DNA of 46,727 nt from Conidiobolus incongruus B7586 (Eukaryota). The DNA lies in assembly GCA_000697335.1 (NCBI GenBank), contig JNEM01012239.1, positions 1 to 46,727 on the forward strand. The letters are read 5' to 3'. This document shows positions 37,534-46,727 of this stretch, piece by piece; within the stretch, counting starts at the first letter, position 1; every line of letters begins with the position of its first letter. A program made the translations under genes and the position numbers. Below the pieces are notes generated by a model. The model searched no databases and was not told where the DNA came from. It was given only the letters and a program-made list of their open reading frames with translations.

Positions 37534-38618
37534 CGATTATTATTTATTATTAAACATTGATGATTTATTGAATTTGAAAAATATACATTTTTGGTGAATT
37601 ATATTCAATTTAATTCAATCTGATTCCATCTATATTGTTATAAATATATAACGGGGTCAATGTATACAAGTTGTTTCAATGTGAACAGTGTGGAAAAAGT
37701 CCTTGTTTATTTGGTAATGGTTCCCTTTTTTGTATGTAAAAGTTGGTGAGGGTTCAAAGATAAAATAAGACAAGATAAGATCAAGTAGGTAAAAAGATAA
37801 GATAAAGTAAGCAGATATGATTGACATGTCACAATGATGACAAAGTGATCTGATCCATGACAAAATATCTCATTTTCTATTATATTAAAGTTTAAAAATA
37901 ATTCAATTAACTAATATTTATATAGCACAGAGAATAAATACCTGTAAAATATTGTGAATAGTCTTAATTATTGATGCTATTAAATTAGAGAAATAGCTTG
38001 ATTTTGAAATAATGAACCATAGTTTGTGATATCTAAGAATATCCTATGTCAATATATGTTAGCAAATATATTCAATGTTCATTAGAAACATTGATTAAAT
38101 ATTTCTATTGCAACTTATATTATTTTATAAATTTTATAATAATCATATCTCTATATCACATAATTCAGTATTTTGATATAGTTTATTCATTTTTGGCGAA
38201 TTTAAATTTAAAAAAGAATTATTATTTAAATATAGAAAAAAAATCTATTGAATGTAAAGTTTATTATTTTGTTGAATAATAAATAATAAATTAGATTTGG
38301 ATATTTAACTCTAATAAAATATATTAAATACATAAGATTTATTTGTACCTAAATTTATGTCTTAAATATATATAGATTTTTAATTATTGATCATATTTAT
38401 AAAAGTAATAGACATGAATTAAACGTATTCAAATTTAAATACCTTATTTAATGAAATAAGTTTCTCTTATTGATATTTTTAAAATTAATAAATCATAATT
38501 TAATGCAACAGCGATTTTTGGATAAAATGTTGAAGTTCAATTTATTATTGTAAATATTATACTACATATACTTTATTATGTATAAAGTGGTGACTTTATA
38601 TTCTTAAATATTAATCAA

Positions 38619-41467
38619 TCAATTTTTAAATTTTAAAATTAAAAATGATATAAATAACCAGACTGAGCAGATCAAGTACACATTTTGGTAGTTTGATTGA
38701 ATAGTATCTTTGGCATATGAATAAAACACCAATCCTGCTTCTTCAGGATCTAAATATTGTCTAGCTGCGGTTTCCAGTCTATAAAATGTGGAACCGAGCC
38801 ACCTTGGAACTGAAATATCCCAAATATATGAGAAGGGTTTGGGAATCGTAGACCTAATAAAACTGAGATTTGGATCAACGCCACCAAACGCTAAGGTCCA
38901 TGCTAAGTGATTTGCGATGACTGCCAAATTAGTAAGGCCTGGAGGTGTTATGAGGGAGATAAGATATCCTGCACATGCTGAGTATATATAAACAGAAAAG
39001 ATAATTTGATATAATTCAGCATATGTCATCGTTTTTGGGAAGAAAGTAATATAAGTCAATGCGAAACATGTCGAAGTGACTATAATTTTAGGAATATCAG
39101 CCAATATTTTGGCCAAAAAATAAGGTAAAGGATGGAGTCCAGATCTACGTTCCCTTAAAAATACAGCACGTTCATTCCCAAAAGTTCCCAAAATGCTCAT
39201 TGAACCACAAAAACTTGCACCATAGGCTAATAATACGCCAATATATGCGATTTGGTCTAGTAATGGAAGACTACACAATGTGGCCATTGGCAAAGGTGCC
39301 AATTTACATATCTCTTCTGGCATTGGACCAATAAAGAGAGCATTTTTATGCACAAACGACAATGTAAGGCCACAGCCGACATGAAGAAGCTGCTCCTTGA
39401 AAAGTTCTCTGTTATTTATGAAATTTTGAATGAGTGCGCGCTTCAAACAAAGTATGAAAGAGCTCCAAAATGGGAGTACATGCTTAGTATTAGGTGGAGC
39501 TGGTTTAGCGAGTTGAATCTCTTTTAAAGAAATGTGCTCTTCTTTAAATAGGAAAGGTGCTACCAAGATTAAGTACATATAGCTATGGATTTGCTGACAA
39601 AATCCAATCAAGTTTTTTTTCATAGTAAACATATTACCCCACACAATTCTGGACTCTGTTTCACTTATATTGATATGCTTCAAATTGATCCATTCATCAA
39701 TCAACAAAGGAATCATTTCCAGTTGATTCATAAATACTGTATCATAATCTACACCATCGACAATTAGGCTACTCACCCATTGATAATAACTATTCCATAC
39801 AATGTACAGTTGATCTGCTGATATGTTTTTAGACTCATCATCCAGATTTCCAGAAATCAACTCCAAAAGAAATTCAGACGTAGATAAGTCGTTAGACTTT
39901 GAAAATCCCAGCTTTTCAAAATAAGGTACAGCAAGTTTAGTAGGACCCATGAACGCAACTTGACCTCCACGTCCCATGAGAACCAATTGATCGAAATTTT
40001 GGAACATACGAGTTGAAGGAGAATGAAGCACAGCAATCACAGTGATTCCTTTGAACTCACACATCTCTTTCAAAAAGTTACAAAGTCTCGTTCCAGTAGA
40101 AGTGTCCAATCCCGAAGTGGGTTCATCCAACACAAGGATATCGGGATTTCCTACAAGTTCCATACCAATATTCACCCGTTTCTTTTGTCCTCCGGAAATT
40201 GATCGATGTTCAGTTGTGCCTACCCTGCAATCAATCACATCTTGAAGTTGCAATAATTCAATAGTGTCAATAACATGATCAATCTTTTTCTGGTAAGGCC
40301 AAGAATTTGGTAGCTTAATCATTGCTTCATGTTTAAGGATTTGGAAAACATTAAGCTCCTCAATCATAATATCCGATTGAGGGACAAAGCCCACCTTATC
40401 TTCCACTGGTTTCCCATTTAGAGTTATATTGCCACGATTAGGGTAAATTTTTCCAATGAGAACATCTAGCAGTGTGGTTTTGCCAGCGCCTGAAGGTCCA
40501 AGAATACAACAAGTTGTGTTCGCCTTAATTTCACCTGATACATTATTTAAAATAGCTTTACCGGTAGGAAGTGTGTAGGTTAATTCATTAAATTTTAGTA
40601 TTGATTTAGATTTGGCTGAACTAGAGACTTTTTGTTTCGATGAGTTTTTTGTATTATTCATAAGACGTCGCCCAAGTTGAGATTGAATAACTTGAATTCG
40701 GCTCAATTCCAAAAATCGAAGATAGTTCACAATTAAATATACAAATATTAAAAATATTCCTACTATAGCCCAGTTATAGACCCTCATGATTTGATGAGAG
40801 CCTTGAGGACAAATACCCAATGTACATGGTAATGGTTTAATACTCCCTAAAATTCTTATTTAGTTTATAAGAATAATAGTGATCAATTACTATTAATTTA
40901 AATTACCTATCGGACAATAATACCCGCTTGGACATATTTCCATCTGTTTCGGTGTGGGACAATAAAAACCTTGACAGCATAAATTCGGTTGAATAGTATC
41001 ATTGGGACAATAGTAACCAGGCTGACATTCGCTCATGTGGAAAGGACTTAAACAATAACTCCTAATATTTGAAAATTGTGATTAATAATTCGATAATCAC
41101 AGGGATTATTTACTTACCCTGAAGGGCATTTCCATAATATTGAATGTATATTAGCACAAGATTGAGGGTCTATATTCGGACTTAAAGAGCTGTGATGAAT
41201 AAACTTGATTTTAATTATTTTTTTCAAGAGCTTATTAGATTTCATATCTTCAATTATTGTCATCGGATCCAAGCTATTTACATGATTGAAGAAATCCTTA
41301 ATCTGATCATGAAATTCAATTGCGCGCGTAAATTCATCAACTGTACTTTGATTAAATAATGATAATAGATGCATATCATCTGTCAATAGTTGAGATTGAA
41401 ATGGGAAATCAGGGAAGCATAAATAAGTTTGAAGGAAGTAAAATGTTATATATGTTACAAAAATCAT
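38619..41467 (-). CDS. ABCG (White-family) half-transporter with an N-terminal hydrophobic signal and Cys-rich extracellular module, 3 exons: 41467-41118, 41061-40907, 40846-38619
   Basis: Walker A GPSGAGKT, signature ISGGQKKRVNIG, Walker B LVLDEPTSGLD, H-loop and a C-terminal ABC2-type membrane domain (ER..F.RE..SG). Upstream exons add CPSGSYC, CQPGYYCP, CCQGFYCP and CPSGYYCP repeats in frame. Confidence 0.92.
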
Positions 41468-42154
41468 TGACTACAATAATAATAAATACACTATAATACA
41501 AAATTAAAGAATCAAATAATTAAAAGAAAGATAATTATATTATCTGATCTTTAACAAAAATTAATAGAAAAAAAATGGATTAGATTAAAAGATCTGACAA
41601 GCAGTGGTTTTTAAACTAAAATATAATATATAGCCCTAGCTAAAAAAACCAATATATCCGGAGGTTCGCTAATTTATCAAATCAAAATTTTGTAATTAGA
41701 TTGTAAAATGGGCTTAAGAAAAAAAGAATAGTGATTAAATTATAATTCAGGACCTTCGATTTATTTATAACCCACTATATTGGCGTTTAATTTAGACTTG
41801 TGCGCTCAGCATGAAACAGAAGATTGCAACCAATCATCTTGACTGGTGCTTTGTTATCACTGCTTCCTAATTAGATTGGAATTCATTTGAATGAAATCAA
41901 TTAAAAAAAATTAATTTTGATTAAGATGGCTGATTAATTTTTTAATTATAATTTTTTTATATATAAAGTAATTTTTAACAAATTTAAAGTTTGTGGCAAA
42001 TTTACTTAATTTAGAAATTCAAATAATTTTTAAAATTTTTCTTTTTCATCAAAATAATATTCATAAAATTATATATTCAATAAAGTTTGAGTGTATCAAA
42101 TTATAATATATATTGATATTTAAATTATATAAATAAAGCTTAATAGTAGTTTTG

Positions 42155-42181
42155 ATATATATATATATATATATATATATA
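42155..42181. repeat. (AT)n microsatellite
   Basis: Seen directly. Confidence 0.9.
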
Positions 42182-45100
42182 ATAAAAGTCTTTCAATTTA
42201 TATTAAAAAAATCAAAAAAAATTTAAATTATTTGAAATTTCAAATAGATTGACAAATTTAGTAATTAATTTAAATAAGATTAAATTGACGAAAATAAAAA
42301 CATTAGGAAATACAAATATCAGCCAAACTATCAAGCTAGATATTAAAAAAATGTTTTTCGGTGATTGCTACTTTGGTTTTTATTTAATTGTCTTATTCAA
42401 CTCATCAATTATATCTTTGATTAGTAAAGCTTTTATTTGATTAGCTATCATCAATGATTTGAAATTTCTTAATCTAATAATATTATTATTTCCATAAACT
42501 GATTTCTAAATCTCATTAACTGTTCTTCTGATATATTCAACAAATAGAATAATATTCAAATCAAGTATCTATCTTATTATGATGATGAATATTATATTTA
42601 TTGTCTGAATACAATAGTAATGTTATGTAAAATATAAATGCAATTATTTAAAAAATAACTTGTTCATAGTATTATGAGTTGTTTGTTAATTTGAATATAA
42701 TTCAGTTAAGATATAAGTTTTATCATAGTTGAAAGTAATTATCATTCAATAAATAATGACTGTTAGTAATAAAACGTATTATATTCAACTACAGTTTATT
42801 AAATATTGAAATGAGAAATCAATATATTAATACTTGAAATAACGTTGAAATAAACCTAATTGTATATCTCAAAAATCATTTTATTAAATAATAAACTCTT
42901 TTGTTTGTGATGAATTTTCTACTTTCTATAAAAAGATTAAACTAAAAGATTTCAGTTTATTTTAAAATTATCCTTTGCATAATTTTCAATATAAAATTTT
43001 GTAAAAAAATATTTTAGTTTGAGCTCTTTCATTGAAATTAATTTGATTCAAATTTGTTGCAAAACTGTATTAGATTCAGATTGTTTAAAACTTAGCCATA
43101 CATTAAGGTACTATATACGAGTTAAAATCTATTTTTGATCATAATCAAATTTTTGAAAAATAATTTATCAAATACTATTATCCAAAATAGATCTAATTCA
43201 TTTTACATCATTTCATTTCATATGAGTGCTTTCGCCATAGATGTTGATTTTTGATTGATACTAGCTCTGAAAATTGATTGGTACATTTGGACAGGTTTGT
43301 TTACATTATAGAAGATACTATAGATAGGGTTAAGTCTAGTCAAATAAAGTCAGGCTATCTGATAATTAATCCAATAAAAGACCTTAGCATTATTTTAATA
43401 TGATATTTCAGTTATTGTTTTTTATTATTTACAAATATAACATATCTTAATTTTATCTTAGATTCTTTTTTTAATAGGTCGATGGATTATAGTTAATTAT
43501 CAATATTACCTGAATACATAATATTAATATATTGAATAAAATATATATATAGCTATAATAAACATATTGTAGTTTTTTTCTTCAAAATATAAACTTTCTA
43601 ATTCAAATTTAAAACAAATAATAGATTAAATTTTAAAAGGTATTAAATTAATAAATTAATAGATTATTTATAATTATATAAAGATCGCTAGATATTATTC
43701 AAGATTTGATATTTAATATTACTTGAATTCTATTTGCTGATAATAGTCATTTTAGTTAAGAATATATACTCTGACATTTAATTTAAATTACCTATATTAG
43801 TACTTATTTAATATAATAACTATATAATGTAAATTTTTATTATATTTGGAATAATAAGGAATATTATATTTTATCTCTAAAATAATTAATTTATTATAAT
43901 AAATATAGATAATAATAATATATAAATAGGATTAGAAATAAAATAACCAAATGAATAACAATAGAGACAATATATCTACTTAACCAATTTCATAATTAAT
44001 GATTTGTTAAATGATTGTATTTTGATTTTACAAATTTTTTTACAGATGGTTAAATATAAAATATTAAAATGTTATTAACTTTGATCAACATTAAATAATA
44101 AATCAACATTTAAGAATGAATAAAATATTATGTGTATTTTGTAAGAAATTTAATTTTATATACGATCCATTCATAATTACTTGTTTTAATTATTAGAAAA
44201 TTTTTCTATAGTTGCAATATATTTCATCAAATGATTATCACCTATAATTTTACAAAACTCAAAATATTAGATTTTTTTGTTTATAATGCGTATTTAATAT
44301 TTTAATTATATATATTGAATATATATTAAGTATCATATTGGATTTAAATTAAATAAATTGCTTTATTTGGGAGATCTTAATAATAAATATTTTATTCAAA
44401 AATGCATATTTTTAAGAACTATATTGCTCTTTTTATTTAAATAATCAAATTTTATATTTCCAGTATTATTAAATTATCGATTAAATATCTAAAAAGTGTA
44501 ATATATAGAAATGACATTATAATAGTTATAGTATGACTATTGTTGTTCAAAAGTGGAAATTAATATCTCAATGTATCCTATACAAAATATATCAATTAAC
44601 AAATTAGTCATCAAAGCTATCATAAACTATCAATAACAAATCTTTTTAATTTTGAATTTGGAATCTTGAATGAAAATCGGGAATTTTTATGTTTTATTAG
44701 ATAAAATCAAAATCAAAATAATAAATCCATGATGCCATATTAACTTAAATTCCAAAGGCACCAAGATACATGTTGCTGGAAATAAACCATTATTTTGATA
44801 AAAACAAATTCAAGAAATAAAATTTTAACTTGGTTGAGCTTGCAGTATTCTAAAAAATTTAGCCATATAATGATTTTAAAAATTAATTAGCCAATTAAAT
44901 TACTTATGAATATGTGATGATAAATCTGTAAAATTGGGCAATTTGATAATATAAAAAATATTTAATAATAAGTGTAACTGCTAGTGACAAATTAATCTTA
45001 CAGGTATTTGCAAAAATGTACCAAATTAAATATAATCTTATTTTATATAATCACAATATGTTGTTTGTAAAGATAAAGCTCAATTAATCAGTATATACTA

Positions 45101-46500
45101 ATAAAATATTTTAAATACCATTCAAATACATTGTAAACCAAATTTGAAATCAAATTCTTCAATAAAATGATCCTATTTTAATCAAATCATTAATTTAATC
45201 ATATTATATTAAATGCATTTTGAATTCAAATAAAGTTAATATAAATCCGGGTAAAAAACTAAAATGATTATGATCGAGATATATCAATTTAATTATATTA
45301 AAATAAATTATTGCATATAAAATAAACTTGTATATTAAAATTTTGCCTTTAAAGAAAACAAAAGAGAGTTTAAATCTATTGCATTTAATTAAATAGACAA
45401 ATTTCAAAATTATTAAACTTTTATTAATTATTTTCAATTGTTAACACTTTATTAAGCAAATAGAGTTTCTATTTCATATCAGTTATATTTATTAATTTAT
45501 TTATATGATACAAAAATTAAAAATTATTTAATCGATGAAATCAATTATATAAATTAATATTTTTAAGTCAAATAATAATCAAGTTTATTCAATATTTTTT
45601 TTCAATGTTAAATTAATAATATTGATTAATTTTAAACTTCAAATCTAAAAAAATGATAATATTAAACAGAGCTTCATTAAGACTAATTTGATTTTCATTT
45701 AGCAATTCCTCAGATATTTTTCATTTGAACATTTTACTCATTAAGTTTAAAACTCCTTTTTAACGCTAGAAAATCTAGAATTTTACTAAATTTAGCAATT
45801 TCAATAGAAACAAGTTTGAAAAATATTTAAAATATTTTATAATATTTCTAAATTATTAGTATTATTTTGATAACAAAGATTTAAATTCAAAAAGTAACAG
45901 AAATATAATATAGTAAAAGATGGTTTCATAAATATATATATTTATTAAATTATATACAATATTTTAAAATATTTCAATTAAATCCAAAGGCTGTAAAATT
46001 TAATTAAAATTTCATATAATTGAATATTAGGGGTGAAAATACTATGATTTATTAATATATAGCAATTGATAGAGATATTATTAAAAACATATAAGTTATT
46101 ATAAATACTATATATCATATTTTACCAATGTAATTTACCATTATTTTTCTAATAATTTATCAATATTTAAGTTTATTCAATTGATAATAGATTCAATTAT
46201 TATTAAATCATTTATGAATAAAATTAATAAAATAAATTGATATATTGGAAGTATTCAAAAGGTTAAAATAATCAATATTTTTCCATATCAGGTATTGATA
46301 TAAATAAGATAATAGCTATTATTATCTGATTCCTTTAGAAAATAAAAGATATCTTTTAACTTATTTTTATCTAGAAAATTCCTTTAATCCTAATTTTTGT
46401 TATATAAGTTATTATTATTTTAAATTTAAAAAATGAAAAAATTTTTAATTTTTGATTTTTTAAATATATTATTGAGTTTAAATTATATTTATGATAACTA

Positions 46501-46652
46501 TTTTGATTAAAAAATCAATTTTTTAAAATTTATTATTTGATTTGATTATATTTAAACTAATTAATAATTATCAAAAGTTTTTTATTTTAATATTAATAAA
46601 ATTTAACTATAAACCCTCTAAAATTATTTAAAACTTATAAGTATTTTTTAAT
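46501..46652. repeat. Right copy of the ~152-bp repeat, inverted relative to 1-152 and more AT-shifted
   Basis: Its reverse complement aligns ungapped to 1-152 with 26 mismatches. Confidence 0.9.
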
Positions 46653-46727
46653 AATAAAATATTATTTAAATAAACTATTTATTATAGAGTAAATTATTTT
46701 AAAACTAAAAAACATTATTTAAAAATT

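Noticed and set aside
1..46727. Giant transposon, Starship-like element or linear plasmid defined by the terminal inverted repeats
   Set aside because: No transposase, tyrosine recombinase or polymerase is present; the genes are intron-containing housekeeping genes, and the repeat ends are staggered relative to the window ends.

Overview
A very AT-rich eukaryotic genomic segment with short (~45-60 nt) GT-AG introns. It is most consistent with an early-diverging (non-Dikarya) fungus, inferred from intron style and from SNAPC1 and PAC3/PSMG3 homologues. Thirteen protein-coding genes were reconstructed by hand with splice sites: a Kcs1/IP6K-type inositol polyphosphate kinase, SNAPC1, NC2-alpha, eIF2B-epsilon, PAC3, Ski8/WDR61, ARPC2, NudC, TFIIF-beta, a DDHD phospholipase A1, two convergent paralogous LisH/LUFS Q/N-rich regulators and an ABCG half-transporter with an N-terminal Cys-rich module. 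There is also one tRNA-Glu(TTC). Two signals are not visible in the ORF track. (1) Between NC2-alpha and eIF2B-epsilon, a box C/D snoRNA of the U25/snR56 family (18S rRNA guide) sits directly behind a degenerate tRNA-like element that retains Pol III A and B boxes, suggesting a dicistronic tRNA-like/snoRNA Pol III unit. (2) The two ends of the window carry the same ~152-bp repeat in inverted orientation (126/152 identical, ungapped), and 23 of the 26 differences are transitions, a RIP/deamination-like signature.
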